A stretch of 35,711 nt of DNA from Pirellulales bacterium (GTDB taxonomy: Bacteria; Planctomycetota; Planctomycetia; Pirellulales; UBA1268). Shown here piece after piece: positions 7,735 through 16,668 of this stretch. The notes below the pieces were generated by a model. It had not been told where the DNA came from. It saw only the letters and a program-made list of their open reading frames with translations, and ran no database searches. Each line of letters starts with the position of its first letter. The first letter of the stretch is position 1. A program made the position numbers and the translations under genes. The stretch covers positions 1-35,711 of the forward strand of contig JBBAVO010000002.1 in NCBI GenBank assembly GCA_040397635.1, given 5' to 3'.

Positions 7735-8879
7735 GGATTCTTCTCACCGGCTTCAGTTTCACGGCGATCGGTGGTCTGGAGATCGTGTCAGCGGCGATTG
7801 CAAAAATGCTCGCCGATGCGGGGCATGAGGTGAAGTGTGCTGCCGTTCATGGCCATGGGGTCGTCGAGTCTGACGGCTACCGGATTGTTGGGACAGCCCC
7901 GTCGATGCGTGTGGCTCGCTCGATTGCGTACCGATTTCCATCGCTCTATCCCATCGGTCGACTCCGACAATTGGCAGCCTGGGCCGACGTGATCGTCGCG
8001 GTTCACTGCCATACGCTGCCGAAGGTGTTCATCGCGGTCGCTCCTCTGCGGAACCCGCCGCCCGTGGTGGCATGGCTGCACGGCCGTGAAGTCTGGGGCA
8101 GCCAAGGGGCCACCTATGCCGAGTCCCTGAGGAGAGCCGATCGGCTCGTCGCCGTCAGCCGGTATACGGCCGATTCGGTGACGAAGCTACTGGGGTCACA
8201 GTACAATCCAGAGGTCATCTACAACCCGGTTGATACCGGCTATTTTCAGCCCCTCCCACAGGCTGCTGGCATCGAGCGGCATTCGATCCTCACCGTGGGC
8301 CGCATCGGCAGCGACACCGAACACAAGGGCTACGACATGCTGCTGAAGGCTTTGGCGATACTCAAGCGACGCAGTCCGGAATTGCCGCTCACCCTCCGGA
8401 TCGCGGGCGGCGGCTCACGCTTGCCTGCCCTGCAGGCACTCGCCGCCCAGCTTGGCGTCGCTGACAGGGTGGAGTTCACCGGGCCCATATCGCGATCCCA
8501 GTTGAGCCACCACTATGCCACCTGCGATCTCTTTGCTTTTCCGAGCAAGGTGATGGAGAAGGGTAGCGAATACATCGGCGAGGGTTTCGGTGTCGTCAAC
8601 ATCGAGGCTGCGGCATGCGGCAGGCCCGTCCTGACGAGCACGCACGGCGGCTGCCCGGAGACCGTCATTCCGGGCGTGACGGGCGTCCTTGTCGATCCGA
8701 TGCGCGAGGAGGCGATCGCCGACGGCATCGAATCGATGTTTCGACGGGCCCCGTCGGAGCGGGACCAGATGGGCGAGCGTGGCCGGAGATTCGTGGAGGA
8801 GACATTCTCGTACGAGGCGATCACCGGCCGAATCGCAAGCCTGCTGGAGGGGTGCATCACCGAGGTTCGAGAACTGTGA
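7731..8879 (+). CDS. GT4 (GT1-superfamily) glycosyltransferase
   Basis: The N-terminus is MRILLTGFSFTAIGGLEIV. The C-terminal region reads FPSKVMEKGSEYIGEGFGVVNIEAAACGRPVLTS. An ATGA overlap at 7731 joins it to the GT2 stop. The track extension from 7593 was rejected. Confidence 0.9.
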   Translation: MRILLTGFSFTAIGGLEIVSAAIAKMLADAGHEVKCAAVHGHGVVESDGYRIVGTAPSMRVARSIAYRFPSLYPIGRLRQLAAWADVIVAVHCHTLPKVFIAVAPLRNPPPVVAWLHGREVWGSQGATYAESLRRADRLVAVSRYTADSVTKLLGSQYNPEVIYNPVDTGYFQPLPQAAGIERHSILTVGRIGSDTEHKGYDMLLKALAILKRRSPELPLTLRIAGGGSRLPALQALAAQLGVADRVEFTGPISRSQLSHHYATCDLFAFPSKVMEKGSEYIGEGFGVVNIEAAACGRPVLTSTHGGCPETVIPGVTGVLVDPMREEAIADGIESMFRRAPSERDQMGERGRRFVEETFSYEAITGRIASLLEGCITEVREL

Positions 8880-8889
8880 GCGGCACCCG

Positions 8890-10383
8890 ATGACGACGGG
8901 ACTCACCACGGCAGCAGACCGCCGCGTTGAGGCCGATTGGCCTCTGACGGCAAGTCCTCGTGGCGTGGTGCGGGAGCCCACCGTCATCAACTGGTACCTC
9001 ATCACGTTGGCGCTCATATACGTGATGTGGTCGTGGGTGCACCTCCCTTCGTCCATCTGGTTCCGTAGCCTCCTGGCATGCTATTTGATCTGGCGCATGC
9101 AGCCGGACGTGATCATTCCCTACATGCTGACGGGCGTGCAGTTGCGGCTCAGTCTTCGAGCCGGTCTCGACAGCCTCGAGGAGTTTGGGGCCGCGGAGAA
9201 CTTGGCGCAGTCACTTACCGGGTATGAGCAATATGCCTTTACCTTGCCGTGCGTGCTGTATGCCGTCCGCACGTTTTTCGCAGCGGTTTCTACCAATGCT
9301 CCGAGGCGCAAGGAATTCCCGTTCTGGCTCTATTTCCTGTACCTCGTGGGGATGCTGTTCGTGATCGCGGGGGGGCTGGCGGCATCGGGCAAGGGCGGGT
9401 GGACGGCAGGCATACGCGGATACTGTCTGGTGAGCCTGTATTTTTACGGTTTGCTGCTGCCGGCGTTGTCGCATCGGCAGATGATGAAGCTCGCGGTCGC
9501 ATTCAGCATTTTCGGCATGGCGGTTCTGTTGATGAAGATTTCGGTGGGCTTTGGAAGTAGGCAGTTGTGGCTGCTTCTCCCGTTCGCCGGTAGCTTCGCC
9601 CCGATCCTGCTCTTCAGGGGCGCACGCCTGCAGGCCTTGGTCGCGGCGTCGACCTATTCTGCGTTGGGCCTGGTGGTTGCAATCAACGCAACCTTCACGG
9701 TGTTATTGCAGTGGGTGTGGAATGCGATCGCAGGTGTCTGCTTGGGGCCCCTCAGAGCCCAAGCCTTCAGGGGAACGATGGCGTCGGCGTTGACGTGCTC
9801 ATTGTTCGTGTTTTCGCTCGGGCTGTTGTTCTACGGGGCGTTTGCACACGATCCATCGAGGGATGCGATGGAGGCGAGCCGGAGCGGTGCGACCCTGGAC
9901 AAAATGAAATACAAGCTGACAGGAGATCGCGGGCCGATCTGGTGGGGTGCCATGCAGGAGGTTGTCTTGAATCCGACATTGTGTGGAATCCCGACGCCGA
10001 CATTTACCATGGTCAGCCATGGCAAAGAGGTGGTGTGGACGGTAAGTACCCACAATATCGTGCTCGATCCCATGCTGCGGCTTGGCATCGTGGCTGGCCC
10101 TATTCTGCTGCTGGTGCTCGTGAGTGCGGTGTGGGTGGCGAGGAATGCGATTGCATGGGACGGAAGTGTGGGCGTTACCGTGCTCGCGCTTGCCGTCATG
10201 AGCAACATCGTGCTGGGGGGAGCGACGCTTCCCTACATGCTCAACGACCGAGAGGCGGAGCACATGATGATGACGGCCGGCCTGCTCGGCGCTTATGGCA
10301 TCCGCAGGTCGTCGGCACGCGGTCGAGCGTCGTCCGGGGCGCCTGGCCCGTACGTTGGCGTGCAGGCGCTGCCCGCGGCCTAG
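8890..10383 (+). CDS. Polytopic membrane protein, O-antigen ligase/polymerase (Wzy_C)-like
   Basis: It has about 10 or more hydrophobic helices. A soluble loop is followed by GDRGPIWWGAMQEVVLNPTLCGIP...STHNIVLDPMLRLGIVAG. This resembles the Wzy_C pattern (R-x-x-I-W ... G-x-G ... H-N-x-x-L ... G-I-x-G). ATG at 8890 lies 10 nt after the upstream stop. Confidence 0.6.
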   Translation: MTTGLTTAADRRVEADWPLTASPRGVVREPTVINWYLITLALIYVMWSWVHLPSSIWFRSLLACYLIWRMQPDVIIPYMLTGVQLRLSLRAGLDSLEEFGAAENLAQSLTGYEQYAFTLPCVLYAVRTFFAAVSTNAPRRKEFPFWLYFLYLVGMLFVIAGGLAASGKGGWTAGIRGYCLVSLYFYGLLLPALSHRQMMKLAVAFSIFGMAVLLMKISVGFGSRQLWLLLPFAGSFAPILLFRGARLQALVAASTYSALGLVVAINATFTVLLQWVWNAIAGVCLGPLRAQAFRGTMASALTCSLFVFSLGLLFYGAFAHDPSRDAMEASRSGATLDKMKYKLTGDRGPIWWGAMQEVVLNPTLCGIPTPTFTMVSHGKEVVWTVSTHNIVLDPMLRLGIVAGPILLLVLVSAVWVARNAIAWDGSVGVTVLALAVMSNIVLGGATLPYMLNDREAEHMMMTAGLLGAYGIRRSSARGRASSGAPGPYVGVQALPAA

Positions 10384-11535
10384 ATGACGGTTGCCCCGAC
10401 GCTCGCCGATTCCTCCGGGGCCTCGATCGGCTTCGTGTGGGAAGGTTTGCCGATGTATGCGGCCCGCGAAATCGACGCATTGTCGCGATACGACAATCTT
10501 GTGGTCACCGTTGTCGGCAGTCGTCCTCCGTTCCCCACGGGCGCAATTGACCGGGCATGTCGGTTCCCCATTCATTGGCTTGATGGCTCGGCCAGCCCGC
10601 CCTCCTGGCGTGACATGGCCACCCGCTCGCCAGACATCGTCTTCACTTCCGGCTGGGCGTTTCCACTGGCCAACACACTTGCTGCCGAGGCACGATCCCA
10701 GGGGAGGAAGATCGTCTGCATGGCCGATAACCGTCTCAGGCACACCCTCCGGCAGTGGCTCGGAGCGATCCGCTTTCGGCTGGGTTTGCGCCGCCGCTTC
10801 GACCGCTTTTTCGTGCCTGGAAAAGGTTCCCGCAACCTGATGCGATTCTTCGGCGTGCCAGACACGCACGTGCGTGAAGGACTCTATGGCGCCGACGCCG
10901 CCTTGTTCAAAGCCAATATGGCAGCATCACAGCGGCCCAAGACAATCCTCTTCGTCGGCCAGATGATTGAGCGAAAAGGCGTGGACGTGCTTCTCCAGGG
11001 CTTTCACGACTCGGGGTTACAGTCGCTGGGCTGGCGGCTGCGCTGCATTGGGGATGGGCCACTGTCGACACAGGCGGCCGCGACGCCGGGCTGTGACCAT
11101 CTGCCTTTTTGTGACGCGGATGAAGTGGCCCGGCATCTGGCCGATGCACGGCTCTTCATCCTGCCCAGTCGCAACGACAATTGGGGCGTGGCGCTGCACG
11201 AGGCCGCCCTGTCCGGGTGCGTGCTTGCTGCATCAAGTACGGTCGGTGCGACGTGCGAACTGATGCCGGCGGACTCTCCGCTGAAGTTCACGCCTGGCAG
11301 TGCCACGGCCGTGCGCGATGCGTTGCGCTACGCCAGCGCGCTGCCCGACGAGGCGATCGACGCGATTTCCGAGGCAACGCATGCCCGAGCAGGCGACTTC
11401 GGACCAGCCCGTTTTGCGAGGGAAGTGGCGGGTTTCGTTGCGGATCTCACCGGGGTGCGGTTGACGGGCGGCGTGGCTTTGGAGGCCGGGCAGGCCTGCG
11501 ACAGTGCTGCCAACGGAGCGATTTCCAAAGCATAG
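10384..11535 (+). CDS. GT4 (GT1-superfamily) glycosyltransferase
   Basis: ILFVGQMIERKGVDVLL and LFILPSRNDNWGVALHEAALSGCVLAAS match the GT1 C-terminal domain. The ATG immediately follows the upstream TAG. Confidence 0.85.
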   Translation: MTVAPTLADSSGASIGFVWEGLPMYAAREIDALSRYDNLVVTVVGSRPPFPTGAIDRACRFPIHWLDGSASPPSWRDMATRSPDIVFTSGWAFPLANTLAAEARSQGRKIVCMADNRLRHTLRQWLGAIRFRLGLRRRFDRFFVPGKGSRNLMRFFGVPDTHVREGLYGADAALFKANMAASQRPKTILFVGQMIERKGVDVLLQGFHDSGLQSLGWRLRCIGDGPLSTQAAATPGCDHLPFCDADEVARHLADARLFILPSRNDNWGVALHEAALSGCVLAASSTVGATCELMPADSPLKFTPGSATAVRDALRYASALPDEAIDAISEATHARAGDFGPARFAREVAGFVADLTGVRLTGGVALEAGQACDSAANGAISKA

Positions 11536-11541
11536 GCAGCC

Positions 11542-12753
11542 ATGCGTGTCTTGCACGTCATAACCGGGCTTTGGAAAGACACCGGAGGGCCCTCCGAGGT
11601 TATCCCTGCCATCTGCACTGCGATGACCGATGCGGGTGTCGACGTGACACTCGCGACGCTTGCGGGAGATTCGGCCCAGACGGTCGAGGATGCCGCGACG
11701 CACGGAGTTCGCGTGTTGAAGTTTCCTCCGACGTTCCGGCACACGATCTGGTACAGCAGCGAACTCCACCGTCAGATAGAGCGACTTGCTTCCGCGAACG
11801 ACGTCGTTCACATCCACGGCATCTGGCAGTTTCCCGACTGGACTGCTGCCGCCGCGGCAAGGAAAGTCGGTACACCCTACGTGATCACGCCGCACGGTTC
11901 GCTTCAGCCGGCCCGACTCAGGAAAAGCAGACTCAAGAAGCGTGTGTCGTCGGTGCTTGCCGACCGGGCCATGCTCAATCAGGCAAGCTGCCTGCACGCG
12001 ACGGCACCCGACGAGGCCGATGCATTTCGCTTGTACGGCTACCGCGGACCGATCGCCATGATTCCGAATGGCATCACGGCCGCCGGGCCGATCGAGCCCG
12101 ACCGCGCCGCCCTGCTCGCTGCCGCGTTTCGCCGCGACTTTCCCGAGACGCAGGGGCGGCGACTGCTGCTGTTTCTTTCCCGCATCGAGCCGATCAAGGG
12201 CGTGACGACACTCGCTCGAGCGTGGGCCCAGTGCGCCGGCCAGTTTCCCGACTGGCATCTTGTGGTGGTCGGCCCAGATGAGCGGTCGCACCTGCAGGAG
12301 GTGCTGGCGATTCTACGGGACGGTGGCGTTATCGATCGCACCACCATCACGGGGCCACTGTATGGTGACCGCAAGACGGCCGCCTACCTCGCGAGCGATC
12401 TCTTCGTCCTGCCCACGGTCAGCGAGAATTTCGGTTTGGTGATCGGGGAGGCGCTGTCGCACCGGCTGCCCGTGATCACCACGACCGGCGCCCCCTGGCC
12501 GGGCATCGTCGAGCACGGTTGCGGCTGGTGGATCGCGCCGTCGCAGGACGCCCTCGTCGACACGCTCCGGGAAGCCCTGCCGCTGCCGCCAGCGGAATTG
12601 GCTGCCAGGGGGGATCGCGGGTCGGCGTGGATTGATGCGGACTTCACCTGGCAGGCGGAGTCGCGGCTGCTACTCGAGACCTACGAGTGGCTGCTCGGCA
12701 GTGGGGCAAGCCGACCGGCGTTCGTGTCGTTTGATCATGTTGATCGCACATAG
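11542..12753 (+). CDS. GT4 (GT1-superfamily) glycosyltransferase
   Basis: The N-terminus is MRVLHVITGLWKDTGGPSEV. The C-terminal region reads LLFLSRIEPIKGV and LFVLPTVSENFGLVIGEALSHRLPVITT. Confidence 0.9.
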   Translation: MRVLHVITGLWKDTGGPSEVIPAICTAMTDAGVDVTLATLAGDSAQTVEDAATHGVRVLKFPPTFRHTIWYSSELHRQIERLASANDVVHIHGIWQFPDWTAAAAARKVGTPYVITPHGSLQPARLRKSRLKKRVSSVLADRAMLNQASCLHATAPDEADAFRLYGYRGPIAMIPNGITAAGPIEPDRAALLAAAFRRDFPETQGRRLLLFLSRIEPIKGVTTLARAWAQCAGQFPDWHLVVVGPDERSHLQEVLAILRDGGVIDRTTITGPLYGDRKTAAYLASDLFVLPTVSENFGLVIGEALSHRLPVITTTGAPWPGIVEHGCGWWIAPSQDALVDTLREALPLPPAELAARGDRGSAWIDADFTWQAESRLLLETYEWLLGSGASRPAFVSFDHVDRT

Positions 12754-12822
12754 AAGCCCTGAGTCGAAGCGACGGGATCCCCCCGCTCGCGCCGTGGGCT
12801 TGTATGGGAATAGGGCGCTAGG

Positions 12823-14025
12823 ATGAGGATCGCCTACATGGGCCCGATCTCCCTGCATCTCCTGCAGGACGAGGGAGTGGATGTGACTGCCACGCCCGTC
12901 GGCTTTCAGTATGCGTTTGGAGCTTACCTCGTTCGGGAGTATCTGCGGCGTGGCCACGAGGTCTCCGTCGTTACCACCATCCACAGACTTCCGTCACCGT
13001 ATTCATGGTCGAATGACCGACTCAGCATTGATGCCGTCCCCACCCGGCGGGCCTACCTGTTCTGCATCGACGCCTTCCGGAGAGAACGCCGGCAGATGAT
13101 CGCGGCACTGTCTCACAGGCAGCCGGATGTGATCCACGCCCAATGGACCTACGAGTTTGCCCACGCCGCGTTGGGCAGCAGGTTTCCAACCCTCGTGACT
13201 GCACGGGATTCGCCCCGCCAGATCTGCAGGCATTCTCCGTCGGCCTATACGCTCTACAAGAAGTTCTACGGCGACTGGCTGATTCCACGGATTCCCCATC
13301 TCACGGCCGTGTCGCCCTATATGCGGCAGGAACTCATCGACTGCTACACGTTGCAGTCCTGCCCAGTGGTCATTCCCAATGGCATCCGGCCGGAGGTCTT
13401 CGCCTCCGTCGAACAGGTGCGCCCCGCGCGGCCGTTCACGTTCACCACCGTCGCTGGCTGGGATCCGCGGAAGAATCCCCAGCCGTTGCTGACTGCGTTT
13501 GCTGAGTTGTTCAGGCGGCACTCCGATTGTCGGCTGCACTTGATCGGAAGGGGCTTCGAGCCAGACGGTCCGGCGGCGAAATGGGCCACTGGCAGGGGTT
13601 TCTCCGCAGGCGTGCTCTATTTAGGGCACCTGTCGCACGCCGACGTGCTGCGACATCTCCGTGAACACACCGATGCCTTCGTGCATCCGACCCTGGAAGA
13701 ATCCTTCGGTTCGTCCATTCTCGAGGCGATGTCACAGCGGCTGCCGGTGATCGCGGGCGAAGATTCCGGTGCGGTTCCCTGGATTCTCGATGATGGTCGC
13801 GTCGGCATGCTGGTCGATGTCACCTCGCCGGAATCGCTGTGCAGCGGCATGGAGAGGGTGATGACGGACACGGCCCTCAGGGAACGCTACGCTCGGGAGG
13901 GATTTGACCGCGCGTCGTCGTCGTTCACGCTCGCCACTGTGGCCGAGCAATACCTGTCAGTTCTCGGTGACGTCCAATCGGGAAGAGACACCGCGGCTGT
14001 GAGCACTCTGCAATGCCCCCTCTGA
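12823..14025 (+). CDS. GT4 (GT1-superfamily) glycosyltransferase
   Basis: The C-terminal region reads FVHPTLEESFGSSILEAMSQRLPVIAGEDSGAVPWIL. The N-terminal GT-B half is typical (VIHAQW...). Confidence 0.9.
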   Translation: MRIAYMGPISLHLLQDEGVDVTATPVGFQYAFGAYLVREYLRRGHEVSVVTTIHRLPSPYSWSNDRLSIDAVPTRRAYLFCIDAFRRERRQMIAALSHRQPDVIHAQWTYEFAHAALGSRFPTLVTARDSPRQICRHSPSAYTLYKKFYGDWLIPRIPHLTAVSPYMRQELIDCYTLQSCPVVIPNGIRPEVFASVEQVRPARPFTFTTVAGWDPRKNPQPLLTAFAELFRRHSDCRLHLIGRGFEPDGPAAKWATGRGFSAGVLYLGHLSHADVLRHLREHTDAFVHPTLEESFGSSILEAMSQRLPVIAGEDSGAVPWILDDGRVGMLVDVTSPESLCSGMERVMTDTALRERYAREGFDRASSSFTLATVAEQYLSVLGDVQSGRDTAAVSTLQCPL

Positions 14026-14630
14026 GCCACGTCCTGCCCCGCCCGTTTCGTCGCTTCCTGCTGAAGCTCTTCTACGTGCCATGGATGCTTCGGGATGCCG
14101 TGATGTGCAGGCTGTGGGGGCTCCCCTGGCATCCAACCTGGCGGTTTTACGGGCTGCCGCGGATCCAGACGCGGACGCGGGGCTCGATCCGAATCGGCAC
14201 GCACTTCTCGGCGAATAGCCACTGGCGATACAACACGGTCGGTATCTTTCAGCCGGTGACGCTCAAGACGGTCACTTACGAGGCCACGATCACGATTGGT
14301 CGAAACGTCGGGGTCGCCGGATGTACGATCTCGGCCGCGGAGCGGATCGTGATTGAAGACGACGTGCTCATCGGAGCCGGCTGTCTCATCGCCGACAGCG
14401 ACTTCCATCCGATCGCCTATGCGGATCGCGATATCCCTGAGAAAACCCTCAATGCACCCATCCACATCGCCGCGGGCGCCTTTATCGGGGCCCGCTCGAT
14501 CGTGTTGAAGGGGGTGACCATCGGCCGGGGTTCCGTCATCGGAGCCGGCAGTGTCGTCACCCGCGACATTCCCCCAGGCGTCATCGCAGCCGGAAATCCC
14601 GCCCGCGTGATCCGCCAGATAGAGCCATGA
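14013..14630 (+). CDS. Hexapeptide-repeat (LbH) sugar O-acetyltransferase, WbbJ/WcaF/LacA-like
   Basis: The repeat region reads IGRNVGVAGCTISAAERIVIEDDVLIGAGCLIADSDFH ... IAAGAFIGARSIVLKGVTIGRGSVIGAGSVVTRDIPPGVIAAGNPARV. The start is ATG 14013 (13-nt overlap with the upstream gene) or ATG 14085. Confidence 0.85.
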   Translation: MPPLSHVLPRPFRRFLLKLFYVPWMLRDAVMCRLWGLPWHPTWRFYGLPRIQTRTRGSIRIGTHFSANSHWRYNTVGIFQPVTLKTVTYEATITIGRNVGVAGCTISAAERIVIEDDVLIGAGCLIADSDFHPIAYADRDIPEKTLNAPIHIAAGAFIGARSIVLKGVTIGRGSVIGAGSVVTRDIPPGVIAAGNPARVIRQIEP

Positions 14631-15499
14631 CCAATCCGCTCCCGATCACCGTCGTGGTGCCCACGCTCAATGAGGAGCAGATGCTCGGAGCGTGTCTGTC
14701 GCGACTCGCGCGTTTCGCACAGGTCGTCGTGGTTGACTCCGGCTCGAAGGACCGCACCATCGAGATCGCGAAGGTCCATGGGGCGGATGTGCTCGCGTTT
14801 GAGTGGAACGGCCGGTTTCCGAAGAAACGCAACTGGACGCTTGCCAACTACGAGTTCCGGACGCCGTGGGTGTTCTTCCTCGATGCCGACGAACTGGTGT
14901 CGGATGCCTTCTGTGACGAGCTGGCCGCGACGCTACCGACAACGAATCATGTCGGATTCTGGGTCTCCTACACGAACTGGTTTCTCGGGCGCAGGCTCCG
15001 CCACGGCGGGGCGAACCGCAAGTTGGCCCTCTTCCGGGTGGGCTCTGGCGAGTATGAACGCATCGACGACAATCGGTGGAGCAGACTCGACATGGAAGTG
15101 CATGAGCACCCCATTCTCGTGGGATCGACGGGTGCTATCCGGGCCGTGCTGGAGCACAAAGATGACCGCGGCTACGCCCACTGGCTTGCCAAACACAACG
15201 ATTATTCAACCTGGGAGGCGCATCGGCTGCATGCCCTCTTGCGGGCGACGGGTGAGGAAGGCCGCCCGAGTCTCACGTGGCGGCAAAAGGCGAAGTACCA
15301 TGGGCTAGGCCGGTTCTGGTTTCCCTGGGCACAGTTTTTCTACGGCTACGTCGCCAAGGCTGGATTCCTCGATGGATATCCGGGCTTCGTCTATGCCTGT
15401 TCGAAGGCAGTCTATTTCTGGCACATCGGCGTGAAGGTTCGTGAACTCAGGGCGACCGCCGACAAGGCGTCGCCAATCAACGAAGGAGATTGCAAGTGA
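14627..15499 (+). CDS. GT2-family glycosyltransferase (WaaE/KdtX-like architecture)
   Basis: ITVVVPTLNEEQMLGACLSRL...VVVVDSGSKDRTIEIAKVHGA and FFLDADE (DxD) are present. An ATGA overlap joins it to the upstream gene. Confidence 0.85.
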   Translation: MTNPLPITVVVPTLNEEQMLGACLSRLARFAQVVVVDSGSKDRTIEIAKVHGADVLAFEWNGRFPKKRNWTLANYEFRTPWVFFLDADELVSDAFCDELAATLPTTNHVGFWVSYTNWFLGRRLRHGGANRKLALFRVGSGEYERIDDNRWSRLDMEVHEHPILVGSTGAIRAVLEHKDDRGYAHWLAKHNDYSTWEAHRLHALLRATGEEGRPSLTWRQKAKYHGLGRFWFPWAQFFYGYVAKAGFLDGYPGFVYACSKAVYFWHIGVKVRELRATADKASPINEGDCK

Positions 15500-16626
15500 A
15501 CAAGCGGGTCGTGGTGGTGGCTGGCGGCGGCGGATTCATCGGTGGGCATCTCGTGAGGAAACTGCTCGATCTCGGCACCTACCACGTGCGGGCGGTTGAC
15601 ATCAAGCCGCTCGAAGACTGGTATCAGGTGTCGCCGTCCGCGGAGAACTTCGCCGGCCCTGCTGATGGCGATGCCCGCGACTTTCGCGTCTGCCGCACGG
15701 TGTGCCGAGATGCCAGCGACGTCTACCAATTGGCCGCCGACATGGGAGGCATGGGGTTCATCGAGAACAACAAGGCCCTCTGCATGCTGAGCGTGCTCAC
15801 CAATACCCACATGCTCCTTGCTTCGCAGGAGGCGGGCGTGAAGCGGTTCTTCTTCAGCTCGTCCGCGTGTGTCTACAACGCCGAGAAGCAGGTCGATCCC
15901 CATGTGACGGCCCTGGCGGAGGCAGACGCCTATCCCGGGCTGCCGGAAGACGGCTACGGCTGGGAAAAGCTGTTCAGCGAGAGGATGTGCCGCCATTTCC
16001 GCGAGGACTTCGGTATCCAGACGCGGATCGCGCGGTTTCACAACGTCTATGGTCCGAATGGCACATGGCGGGGCGGCCGCGAGAAGGCTCCCGCCGCCGT
16101 CTGCCGCAAGGTGATCGCTGCCAAGGCATCGGGCGACCACTCGATCGAGATCTGGGGCGACGGCAAGCAGACCCGTTCATTCATGTATATCGACGACTGT
16201 GTCGAAGGCATCGGCAAGATCATCGATTCGCAGATCTACGAGCCGATCAACCTGGGATCGAGCGAACTGGTGACCATCAACCAATTGGTTGACATCGCCG
16301 AGGAGATCGCGGGCATCAAGCTCAAGCGGCACTACAAGCTCGACGCGCCCCGCGGCGTGGCGGGCCGCAACAGCGACAACACCAAAATCAAGTCCTACCT
16401 CGGCTGGGAGCCTTCGATCTCGTTGAAGCAGGGCATCGCGGCGACCTATCGTTGGATCGAGGAAGAGTTCCACAAGGAATGCAACGCCGCCGACGCGAAG
16501 AGCCTGGCCACGAGCGGCTATAGCCACGGATCGAAGCCAATCCCCGGCGATGGCTACGTTGCCGAGTCGAAGCACATGGACACCTGGCGGCAGGGCATTC
16601 CGGTCGGCTATGGAAAACCAGGTTGA
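15496..16626 (+). CDS. gme: GDP-mannose 3,5-epimerase (GME/GM35E) homologue, extended SDR
   Basis: The cofactor motif is VAGGGGFIGGHL. Long blocks match plant GME as I recall it: AADMGGMGFI, KRFFFSSSACVY, DGYGWEKL, RFHNVYGPNGTWRGGREKAPAAVCRK, WGDGKQTRSFMYIDDCVEG, EPINLGS, GVAGRNSDN. GAAGGAG lies 7-8 nt upstream of GTG 15496, which forms a GTGA overlap with the upstream stop. Confidence 0.85.
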   Translation: MNKRVVVVAGGGGFIGGHLVRKLLDLGTYHVRAVDIKPLEDWYQVSPSAENFAGPADGDARDFRVCRTVCRDASDVYQLAADMGGMGFIENNKALCMLSVLTNTHMLLASQEAGVKRFFFSSSACVYNAEKQVDPHVTALAEADAYPGLPEDGYGWEKLFSERMCRHFREDFGIQTRIARFHNVYGPNGTWRGGREKAPAAVCRKVIAAKASGDHSIEIWGDGKQTRSFMYIDDCVEGIGKIIDSQIYEPINLGSSELVTINQLVDIAEEIAGIKLKRHYKLDAPRGVAGRNSDNTKIKSYLGWEPSISLKQGIAATYRWIEEEFHKECNAADAKSLATSGYSHGSKPIPGDGYVAESKHMDTWRQGIPVGYGKPG

Positions 16627-16668
16627 GCCCAATCGGCCATGCACGGTGATCGATTCGGCATACCGACC

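Noticed and set aside
9799-10869. 356-aa minus-strand ORF, with the similar alternative-frame ORFs 11181-12281(+), 11233-12291(-), 15412-16140(-), 18819-19862(-), 20736-21620(-), 28992-30188(-) and 33588-34493(-)
   Set aside because: All overlap well-supported genes in another frame or strand and have R/G/P/A-biased composition without motifs. They are treated as frame shadows caused by high GC.
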